Below are positions 56,852 to 64,000 of a DNA stretch of 64,000 bases, in pieces; positions within the stretch are counted from its first letter, which is position 1, and every line of letters begins with the position of its first letter. The stretch comes from a virus (taxonomy: Duplodnaviria; Caudoviricetes). The notes under the pieces were generated by a model. It saw nothing but the letters and a program-made list of their open reading frames with translations. It did no database searches and was not told the DNA's origin. Location: the IMG/VR virus record IMGVR_UViG_3300025735_000007, positions 1 to 64,000 of that record; one strand, given 5' to 3'. The translations under genes and the position numbers were made by a program.

Positions 56852-57455
56852 ACTCGCGGCCCTTTACGCGCCGGTGCTCGCAGCGCAGATCGTCGCGCTG
56901 TGGCCGGCTATGCCCACCCCCTCCACGCTCGCCGCGCAGGTGGAGCAGGAGACGTGCGTGTCGCTGACGTCGAAGGGCTGCTGGAACCCGAAGACCGAAC
57001 TGAAGACGAGCCGCGAATATGGTTTCGGCCTCGGGCAGTTGACGGTCACGCCGAAGTTCAACAACTTCGAGGCAGCAAAGGGTTGGGACAAGTCGCTCAG
57101 GGGCTGGAAGTGGGAAGACCGGTTCGACCCGAAGATGCAGCTCGCCGCGCTTGTCGCCTACGACCGCAATCTCTTCCGGTCGATCAGCTTTGCCGCGACG
57201 CCGGAAGACCGGCTTCAGTTCACCTTCAGTGCCTACAACGGCGGTTTGGGCGGCGTCATCAACGACCGGCACGTCTGCATGGCGACCAAGGGCTGTGACC
57301 CGGGCAAGTGGTTCGGCAACGTCGAGCTCACGAGCCTGAAAGCGCGCACTGCCGTCAAGGGCTACGGCCAGTCGTTCTATCAAATCAACCGCGGCTATGT
57401 GCGATCGATCTGGTTCGATCGGCGCCAGCGCTACCTGTTCATGGATACGAAATGA
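56841..57455 (+). CDS. Endolysin, lytic transglycosylase (SLT-like)
   Basis: QVEQE catalytic Glu, G.GLGQ, SAYNGG.G and N..YV motifs. Confidence 0.85.
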   Translation: MLPKLAALYAPVLAAQIVALWPAMPTPSTLAAQVEQETCVSLTSKGCWNPKTELKTSREYGFGLGQLTVTPKFNNFEAAKGWDKSLRGWKWEDRFDPKMQLAALVAYDRNLFRSISFAATPEDRLQFTFSAYNGGLGGVINDRHVCMATKGCDPGKWFGNVELTSLKARTAVKGYGQSFYQINRGYVRSIWFDRRQRYLFMDTK

Positions 57456-58042
57456 GAACTCTGGCTCTGCAGATCCTTCTCGCCATCGCCGTCTTCGCCG
57501 GCGGCTACGCGTGCGGTCACCACGGCGCACAGGTCGCACAGCTCAAGGCGGAAGTGAAAGCCGATCACGTCGTCGCACAGGAGAACGCCGGAGGCGTGCA
57601 GAAAGCGCAGACGCAGAGCGTGAAAACCGAGACGAAGGTGGCCGCCATCGCCACCAACGTTGACACCAACAAGGCAGCCATCGCCAGGCGCGTCGCGGCC
57701 TCGATCAAGCGCCAGGCGCCTGCCGTCACCACGGAGAAACACGATGAAACGACACCTGCTGAGTCTGGTTGTGGCTTTTATCTCGACACTGGCACTGTGC
57801 GCATGCTCAACGCCAGTCGTCAGGGAGCCGCTTTTCATTCCGCCGGCGGCGGGGATGAAGCGCTCGACGCCGCTCCAGCCCTTTGCTTTACCGACTTCAT
57901 CGACGCAGACCAAGACCTGACGAAGCTCTACCTCGACCTCGCCGCACGCCACGACGCGCTGGTCGAGTCGGTGGAGGAGTTCCAGGCAGGGCAGCGCAAA
58001 CGGCTCGGGATCAAGGAGTCCGCTGACGCGTCGCGCGAGTAA
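57452..58042 (+). CDS. i-spanin (Rz-like)
   Basis: N-terminal TM anchor and periplasmic helical domain, after the endolysin. Confidence 0.7.
   Translation: MRTLALQILLAIAVFAGGYACGHHGAQVAQLKAEVKADHVVAQENAGGVQKAQTQSVKTETKVAAIATNVDTNKAAIARRVAASIKRQAPAVTTEKHDETTPAESGCGFYLDTGTVRMLNASRQGAAFHSAGGGDEALDAAPALCFTDFIDADQDLTKLYLDLAARHDALVESVEEFQAGQRKRLGIKESADASRE
57744..57920 (+). CDS. Embedded o-spanin lipoprotein (Rz1-like)
   Basis: GGAGA RBS. MKRHLLSLVVAFISTLALCAC lipobox and Pro-rich mature part, in the +1 frame inside Rz. Confidence 0.75.
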   Translation: MKRHLLSLVVAFISTLALCACSTPVVREPLFIPPAAGMKRSTPLQPFALPTSSTQTKT

Positions 58043-58046
58043 CGAC

Positions 58047-58069
58047 ACGGCCCCACGCGGGCCGTTTTT
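58047..58069 (+). terminator. Intrinsic terminator after the lysis genes
   Basis: acggccc-cacgc-gggccgt followed by tttt. Confidence 0.7.
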
Positions 58070-58096
58070 CATTTCCCCACGGCAGGAGTAACACAG

Positions 58097-58858
58097 ATGG
58101 CAAAGCAGCAGAGCAAGCGCTTCGAGGCGCGCGAGACGAGGCGGCGTGGTGACGTCCAGGCCCAGCCCACCGACTATGAGGCACGGGGTAAAGTCGTCAA
58201 ACCCTGCAATGAGCCGATCCGGGCACGCACCGACGCGCAGGCCCGCTACATCGCGTCCATCAAGAGCAAGACCATCACCTTCGCAACGGGACCAGCAGGC
58301 ACGGGCAAGACTTGGTTGTGCGCGTCGCTGGCCGCAGATGCGCTGCGCGACAAGCAGATCGAAAAGATCATCGTCACGCGGCCGGCGGTCGAAGCGGGCG
58401 AGAGTCTCGGCTTCTTGCCGGGCGAAATGGAAGACAAATTCGGCCACTACCTGATCCCGTTCGAGGAAGCGCTGATCGAGCGGCTCGGCACGGGTGCCTA
58501 CGAGTATCACAAGCGCATGGGCAATATCGAGGGCGCGCCGCTCGCCTACATGCGCGGTCGCACGTTCAAGAACGCATTGGTCATCCTCGACGAGGCACAG
58601 AACACGACGCCCGAGCAGATGAAGATGTTCCTCACGCGCATCGGCGAGGGCTCCCGGATGGTGGTCAACGGCGACACCGGTCAGGTCGACATTCGCGGCA
58701 AATCGGGCCTGCAGGATGCGGTCGAGCGCGTGACGTGGATTCCGACGATCGGACATGTCCGCTTTGAGCGGAAGGATGTGGTTCGCCACGGCGTGATTCA
58801 GGAGATTCTCGAGAGCTATGCCAAGCCGGTAGAGATGGAGCTTCCCCGAGCCGCGTGA
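58097..58858 (+). CDS. phoH: PhoH family ATPase
   Basis: GPAGTGKT, TRPAVEAGE.LGFLPG, YMRGRTF, LDEAQN and GD..Q.D motifs. Confidence 0.95.
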   Translation: MAKQQSKRFEARETRRRGDVQAQPTDYEARGKVVKPCNEPIRARTDAQARYIASIKSKTITFATGPAGTGKTWLCASLAADALRDKQIEKIIVTRPAVEAGESLGFLPGEMEDKFGHYLIPFEEALIERLGTGAYEYHKRMGNIEGAPLAYMRGRTFKNALVILDEAQNTTPEQMKMFLTRIGEGSRMVVNGDTGQVDIRGKSGLQDAVERVTWIPTIGHVRFERKDVVRHGVIQEILESYAKPVEMELPRAA

Positions 58859-58877
58859 TCTTCAGGAAGGAGGGGAG

Positions 58878-58999
58878 TGGAGCACTTGGGGCTCGGCAGC
58901 ACTTCCCTCTATATCTAACCCTTCTTTGAATCTTTCTATACTGATAAGCATTGACTTATCTTAATTTTAGGGAACCGCGAGGAAGCCCGAAGTGATCCA
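58878..58999. repeat. Long imperfect inverted repeat enclosing an AT-rich core (element 2), containing a half-operator
   Basis: tggagcacttggggct (58878-58893) pairs 14/16 with agcccgaagtgatcca (58984-58999). ttccct pairs with agggaa. Operator-like ctgataag-ca-ttgactta at 58941-58958. Confidence 0.75.
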
Positions 59000-59678
59000 A
59001 CCCACGTTTTACGGCAGCGCGCTCACCGTAGCGGACTGCGAAATGCTTGCGCTGACCCGCGTCGATCCCTCGCTGCGGGTGGCAGAAGCGTTGCTCTATA
59101 CCCGCAAGTGGTTCGATGTGCGCCACCTGCACCCGGTGCAGGCCACCTATCTGTTTGCCCACGAATACGCCGAAGCGGTGCGCCGTGCGTATGCCCGGCA
59201 GAAAGACATTCGCACGCTCGAGAAGGTCCGGGGTTTTGACGTGGAGAGTCTGTTTGCCTCACGCGAGCTGACGGCGATGTGGCGAGCCCGCCAAGCCTTT
59301 GACGCGATCGGCTGCCGCTATGAGTTCGCGCTCGAATTCATCATGAAGCGATTCTGTGACCGCGGCTGGCGAGTCTTCCCGCGGCCCAACCAACTCTACG
59401 CCGAAGAGATCGTCCTCGACGTGCGCGACGCGTGGCACCGGGAGTGCAAGGCGGTCACGCAGCTGGCAAAGCATGAGCGCTTTGACACGCGCAATTTCAC
59501 TGGCCACCCCGACCAGCTGGCCTACCAGGCATGGCAGATCGAGCAGGTCGGGACTCGTGGCGGCAACCGGGCGATGCTGCTTGGCCGGCTGCTGCAGGAG
59601 CGCGCGCTGTCCGAGCAGACCGTCACCGAGGCGTTCGGTGCGTCCGTGCTCGCCCAATCCAAGCGCTTCATCGTTTGA
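58992..59678 (+). CDS. Hypothetical protein heading the replication cluster
   Basis: 228 aa ORF with GTG start and GAGGA upstream. Confidence 0.8.
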   Translation: MIQPTFYGSALTVADCEMLALTRVDPSLRVAEALLYTRKWFDVRHLHPVQATYLFAHEYAEAVRRAYARQKDIRTLEKVRGFDVESLFASRELTAMWRARQAFDAIGCRYEFALEFIMKRFCDRGWRVFPRPNQLYAEEIVLDVRDAWHRECKAVTQLAKHERFDTRNFTGHPDQLAYQAWQIEQVGTRGGNRAMLLGRLLQERALSEQTVTEAFGASVLAQSKRFIV

Positions 59679-59684
59679 TGCCAA

Positions 59685-59702
59685 TAAGTAACAAATTACT
59701 AT
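59685..59702. promoter_or_regulatory. 18-bp operator overlapping a TATACT -10 element
   Basis: taagtaac-aa-attactat. Confidence 0.65.
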
Positions 59703-59754
59703 ACTTTAGTGCAGACGGGTTAACCGTCCCATTTAATTCATCCCGGAGATTCAC

Positions 59755-60213
59755 ATGAGCACCCCCGAACAAGCCCGCGCCGAACAACTCGCTTATGGCC
59801 GCAGCACGCTGCGCACGTCCAGCGAATACCGCGGCCGCGCCGATACCGCCACGCGCCCCTATGAACGCTCGTCCGGCACGCAGCGCGCGCCGCTGCGCGT
59901 CGTCGGCTCGAAGGGCCACGACGTCATTCTGAAGGCCATGCAGGAGAACGGCCAGCATGCGACGATCATCACCCTGGACGGCGAGAAGTTCGAAGGCGTG
60001 GTCACGGGCCGCGACAAGTTCACGATCACGCTGAAGACCAAGCATCCGGACGTTCTTCGCGCAGGGCGCGGCGAGACGATTCGCCGCGTGTTCTACAAGA
60101 GCGCCATCGAGCAGTTCTGGGGCGAGGAAGCGCGTCGCGACATTCACGACACGACCCGCGACGAAGAAGGCATCGCTGATCTGAAGGCGCTCTCGAAAGC
60201 GGTGGTGAACTGA
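59755..60213 (+). CDS. Hfq-like Sm-fold RNA-binding protein
   Basis: ILKAMQ...TIITLDG.KFEG.VTG.DKFTITLK...VFYKSAI aligns by eye with Hfq Sm1 and the YKHAI Sm2 motif. Confidence 0.75.
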   Translation: MSTPEQARAEQLAYGRSTLRTSSEYRGRADTATRPYERSSGTQRAPLRVVGSKGHDVILKAMQENGQHATIITLDGEKFEGVVTGRDKFTITLKTKHPDVLRAGRGETIRRVFYKSAIEQFWGEEARRDIHDTTRDEEGIADLKALSKAVVN

Positions 60214-61607
60214 TGTCGGCCGCCGCACCTGCACTGAGCGTAGTGCCGGCGGCGAGCGCGGCGGAAGAACCCGCAGTTGAGAAATTTAATTTCGACGGCG
60301 AGTTCCAGGCACGCATCGCCGCACTGACCTTGCGCGACACGACGTTCAACCAGCTCGTCGACGGATTGCTCAAGCCTGAATACTTCGAGTCCGAGATCGA
60401 GGCGTATCTCGTGGGCGTCGTGCTGCGCTACTACGGGAAATACAAGAAGGCGCCCGCCGGGCTTCCCATCTACGCGATGCTGATCCGTGAAGACCTCGAG
60501 GCGAAGGTGCTGCCCAAAGCGCTCGCCACCGCGGCTGTGGGGCGGCTCAAGGAGCTCTTCTCGGTCGATATTTCGGATCGCGACTACGTGGTCGATCAGG
60601 TCGCCACGTTCGCCCGCCATCAGGCGGTGCAGGACGCGATGTATAAGGCGATTCACAAGCTCGACAAGAAAGACTTTGACGGCATCGCGTCGGTCATGCG
60701 CACGGCGCTCGACGTGGGTGCCAACCAGGACGGCGACTGCTACGACTTCGCCGAAATGGTCGATCACCGCACGGGCATCCGGCTCGAGCGCGCGGCGGGC
60801 AAGCTGCCGCCGATGGGCATCACAACGGGCTACAGGCCGATCGACGAGCTCCTGTATCACAAGGGCTGGGGAAAGAAGGAGCTCTCCGTCATTCTCGGAG
60901 GCGCAAAGGCCGGCAAGACGACCGCGCTGATCGACTTCGGCATCAACGCGTGGGCAGACGGCAAGAACGTGCTGTATGCGTCGCTTGAAGTCGGCCGCGA
61001 TGTGATCGCCGACCGGATGGACTCGAACATCAGCGCGCAGGCGATGATGGAAATGCACCACCACACGCACGAGGTCCGCGCGAAGGTGGCCGAGTTCGCG
61101 CAGAAGGCGTTGCGCGCCGACGGCTCTAAGGCGAAGTTCATTGTCCACGAGTTCCCGACCGGCTCGCTGAAGGTATCGGACCTGCGTCGCTTGATCGAGC
61201 GCTACCGCTCGCAAGGCATCCTGTTCGATCTGGTCGTGGTCGACTACGCGGACCTGATGTGCCCGGAGCGTCACACCGACAGCGCGGTCGAGAACTCCAA
61301 GTCGATCTACGTGGATCTGCGCGGTCTCGCGATTCGCGAAGAACTCGCCGTGCTTACTGCGACACAATCGAACCGCAACGGGATCAACGCGAACATCATC
61401 AAGGCCGAGCACGTCGCAGACGACTTCAACAAGATTCGTATCGCCGACATCGTGATCTCGATCAACCGCACGGATGAAGAACGCGCGGCCGGCAAGGCGC
61501 GACTCTACTTCGCCGCGTCGCGTAATCAGGGCGGGGAGTTTACGATTGAGATCGAGCAGGCGTTGGACCGGATGAAGTTCATTACCCGCGTGCTCGGATT
61601 CGTTTAA
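60213..61607 (+). CDS. dnaB: DnaB-like replicative helicase
   Basis: GITTGY..ID, Walker A GAKAGKT, SLE, VVDYADL and TATQ.NR motifs. Confidence 0.92.
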   Translation: MSAAAPALSVVPAASAAEEPAVEKFNFDGEFQARIAALTLRDTTFNQLVDGLLKPEYFESEIEAYLVGVVLRYYGKYKKAPAGLPIYAMLIREDLEAKVLPKALATAAVGRLKELFSVDISDRDYVVDQVATFARHQAVQDAMYKAIHKLDKKDFDGIASVMRTALDVGANQDGDCYDFAEMVDHRTGIRLERAAGKLPPMGITTGYRPIDELLYHKGWGKKELSVILGGAKAGKTTALIDFGINAWADGKNVLYASLEVGRDVIADRMDSNISAQAMMEMHHHTHEVRAKVAEFAQKALRADGSKAKFIVHEFPTGSLKVSDLRRLIERYRSQGILFDLVVVDYADLMCPERHTDSAVENSKSIYVDLRGLAIREELAVLTATQSNRNGINANIIKAEHVADDFNKIRIADIVISINRTDEERAAGKARLYFAASRNQGGEFTIEIEQALDRMKFITRVLGFV

Positions 61608-61617
61608 GGAGGGATCA

Positions 61618-61824
61618 ATGGCTGCATTGACAGGGCGGGCGCTTTTTCTCGAAAAGTCAGCGCTTCACGATTTGCTCGACGAGCTGGAAGAGGCCGACTA
61701 CAAAACGTCGACCGTGGAGGAGTTCAGTTCGCTGGGTGAGGCGATGATTGCCGCCGGCATGACCGGCATCGCCGAGAAGCTGCGCAGTCTCAAGGCAGCA
61801 GTGGCAGGCGAGTATGGCGACTGA
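61618..61824 (+). CDS. Small hypothetical protein
   Basis: AAGGAGG RBS. Confidence 0.7.
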   Translation: MAALTGRALFLEKSALHDLLDELEEADYKTSTVEEFSSLGEAMIAAGMTGIAEKLRSLKAAVAGEYGD

Positions 61825-62914
61825 CGATCTCAACGAGCTCCTCGAGCGCGTGGACATGGCTGCGTGGCTCGATCGCGAGGGTATCTCCTATCGGGAGACG
61901 CACGGGCGGTCGGGCCAGCAGCTTAACGTGCGCGAGTGCCCGACCTGCGGCAACCACGACTGGAAGGTGTATCTGAATGCCGAAACAGGCGTGGGCAACT
62001 GCTTCGGCGGCTCGCACCCGCACGAGGAGCGCATCTTCACGAAGTATCGGTTCATCCGTGCCCATCTCGGCTGCCCGCCGGGTGGCGCGGTGGTCGAACA
62101 CATTCGACTGTTCGCGCATGAAATGGGCTGGCGGCCCGCACGACGAGTATCGGCCAAGGTCGAGAACGCGCCCGCTGCATGGTCGCTCCCGCAGCACGTC
62201 ACGCTGCCGCACAACGGACGGAACATTCCGTATCTGGAGAACCGCGGGATCACCGCGGAGCTCGCGCAGTATTTCCATCTGGGCTACTGCCCGAAGGGCT
62301 CCAGCTTTCGCTACCTGACCGAACAGGGCTATGCCTTTCAGGACTACAGCCGGCGCATCCTGATCCCGGTGTATGACCTCGACGGCAAGATCGCGACGTT
62401 CCAGGGTCGCGATGTGGTGGGCACTACCGAGAAGAAATACCTGTTCCCGCCGGGCATCGACGGATCGGGCGTGCACCTCTTTAACGGGCTGAACGTCCGT
62501 GACACGAAGCGCATCATCGTCGGTGAGGGCGCTTTTGACGTTGCGGCCACGAAGATCGCGATCGACGCCGATCAGGACTTGCGCGACGTGGTGCCGGTAG
62601 GCACGTTCGGCAAGCACCTGAGCTCCGGCAGCGAGAACAGCCAGTTCGCTAAGTTCATGGCCCTCAAGGCGCGCGGCGTCGAGGAGATCACGATCATGTG
62701 GGACGGCGAGATTCAGGCGACCGACGACGCGGTAGAGGCGGGCCTCATGCTGGCATCGAATGGCTTTCGCATGCGCATCGCGATGCTGCCGAAAGAGAAA
62801 GACCCGAACGAAGTGCCGGCCGAAGTCGTGCGCGCGTCGTTCTACCAGGCGACCGCGCTTAGCAAGCGCACGGCTGCCGAGATAAGGCTGAAACGTCGCA
62901 AAATGAACACATAA
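61814..62914 (+). CDS. DNA primase (Zn finger plus TOPRIM)
   Basis: CPTC...C Zn finger, YLENRGI, RILIP...FQGR, GEG.FD, WDG and KDPNE motifs. Confidence 0.9.
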   Translation: MATDDLNELLERVDMAAWLDREGISYRETHGRSGQQLNVRECPTCGNHDWKVYLNAETGVGNCFGGSHPHEERIFTKYRFIRAHLGCPPGGAVVEHIRLFAHEMGWRPARRVSAKVENAPAAWSLPQHVTLPHNGRNIPYLENRGITAELAQYFHLGYCPKGSSFRYLTEQGYAFQDYSRRILIPVYDLDGKIATFQGRDVVGTTEKKYLFPPGIDGSGVHLFNGLNVRDTKRIIVGEGAFDVAATKIAIDADQDLRDVVPVGTFGKHLSSGSENSQFAKFMALKARGVEEITIMWDGEIQATDDAVEAGLMLASNGFRMRIAMLPKEKDPNEVPAEVVRASFYQATALSKRTAAEIRLKRRKMNT

Positions 62915-62929
62915 GTAACGGGTTACTAT
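62912..62929. promoter_or_regulatory. 18-bp operator overlapping a TATACT -10 element
   Basis: taagtaac-gg-gttactat. Confidence 0.75.
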
Positions 62930-62963
62930 ACTGTGAGGTAATAGCGAATTCAGGGAGGGCGAA

Positions 62964-63440
62964 ATGTCCGGGTTCAAGATCAAGCGCCGATTCGCCCATC
63001 ACGAAGGCGGCGCGAAGGCTTATCAGATCCACGAGATCACCAATGGTGCGACAAGCGTCGTTGTTTTCCAGTTCGGCAAGTTCAGAACGGGCGATGACCC
63101 GGTGAGCATGGGCGGCACGATCGACATTCACGGCGCCTTCGGGGTGGCGGGCGCGATGCGCGAAGCCGACAACAAGGAAAGCGTAAAGACGCGCAGGGGC
63201 TACAAGGAATGGGAAGTCGATACGGCCGTTTTCGCGACCAAAGCAGAGCTCCGAGAAGTGCTGGTGAAGATGTTTGGCGCGCACAAAGCGGACACGATCC
63301 TTCAGTCCCTTGAAGCCGGGGCGGTGCCCGCTGTATCCGAAGAACCGCCAACACCCGGTGTCGAAAATAGCGTCAAGGGCAAAGAGAAAGCGCCCGCACC
63401 CAAAACTGAAGAATCCTTGCCCGAATGGGGCACCTGGTAG
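62964..63440 (+). CDS. WGR-like domain protein
   Basis: K.YQI.......VV.QFGK..G...A......K.RRGYKE resembles the WGR nucleic-acid-binding domain. Confidence 0.55.
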   Translation: MSGFKIKRRFAHHEGGAKAYQIHEITNGATSVVVFQFGKFRTGDDPVSMGGTIDIHGAFGVAGAMREADNKESVKTRRGYKEWEVDTAVFATKAELREVLVKMFGAHKADTILQSLEAGAVPAVSEEPPTPGVENSVKGKEKAPAPKTEESLPEWGTW

Positions 63441-63449
63441 GAGAGAGTG

Positions 63450-64000
63450 ATGACCACCGAAGCCACGAAACCGATCCTGCCGCCGAGCGCCTCCGCCGAC
63501 GGCAAGCGCAACGCGTATTACACGCAGTGCAAGGCGATCGAGTCGACCAAGCCGTATGCGATGTGCCAATACATCATCGACCACCAGAACGACGGCTCGA
63601 TGGCGACCATCTATAGCGACTGCCTCAACGCGATCCGCCGGGGCAACTGCGCCGCGGTCGGCATGCGCGAGGAAGAGCTGCTCAAGGGCCAGGCGATCTA
63701 CTTCGTCGAGCGCGTGAAGGGTGCCGCGGTCGTCGCGCAGCAGGACGCGTGGGTGCCGCCAGTTCGCAAGGCGTCGCGCTCGGGCTACGTGCGTGACAAG
63801 TATGCCGCCGGCCGGCCGATCGAAGACGCGCCGCGTATCGCGATCCCCCGCCCAGCAGCGCCCGCACCGGCGAAGCCCGCCTACGAGTTCGACGGGAACA
63901 TCTACGCGGCGGCACTGAACGTCGCCATGAAGAAAGACGCTAGCGCAACTAACCGCCAGCCCGATCCGAGCCCGGCCGCTGCTGTCGCAGCGCCGACACC
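63450..64000 (+). CDS. Hypothetical Cys-containing protein, 3'-truncated by the window edge
   Basis: AGGAG RBS. Frame MTTEATKP... appears open to the end of the window. Confidence 0.65.
   Translation, partial: MTTEATKPILPPSASADGKRNAYYTQCKAIESTKPYAMCQYIIDHQNDGSMATIYSDCLNAIRRGNCAAVGMREEELLKGQAIYFVERVKGAAVVAQQDAWVPPVRKASRSGYVRDKYAAGRPIEDAPRIAIPRPAAPAPAKPAYEFDGNIYAAALNVAMKKDASATNRQPDPSPAAAVAAPT

Noticed and set aside
1-64000. tRNA, rRNA, integrase, transposase or repA genes
   Set aside because: None recognised by eye. The phage-plasmid assignment therefore remains an inference from gene content.

Overview
This window is a large continuous piece of a GC-rich, long-tailed (siphovirus-type) dsDNA phage genome. 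Its gene content and order resemble SSU5/pHCM2-type phage-plasmids, which is an inference from memory: no repA, parA or integrase is visible here. A LexA box of the CTGT-N8-ACAG type points to a beta/gamma-proteobacterial host. From left to right: (1) ~1-21 kb is an accessory/early region with a truncated RNase H, many small hypothetical ORFs, a MazG-like protein, an ATP-dependent ligase domain, a LexA-boxed small gene, small secreted proteins and a YefM-YoeB toxin-antitoxin pair. (2) ~21-28 kb holds an SF2 helicase divergent from an operon of ParB-like, Tad2(DUF2829)-fusion, Zn-finger, ParB-like, soluble ABC ATPase, thioredoxin, Mom-like GNAT and winged-HTH genes, directly upstream of the terminase. 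This is a candidate packaging-linked DNA-modification/anti-defence system. (3) ~28-58 kb is a complete head, tail, fibre and lysis module. (4) ~58-64 kb holds PhoH, an Hfq-like Sm protein, a DnaB helicase, a primase and a WGR-like protein. Non-coding structure read directly from the sequence: about 20 copies of an 18-bp palindrome TAAGT(C/A)AC-NN-GT(G/T)ACTTA at promoters and gene junctions in every module, and two distant hairpin-flanked AT-rich elements sharing a 24/25-nt identical core.
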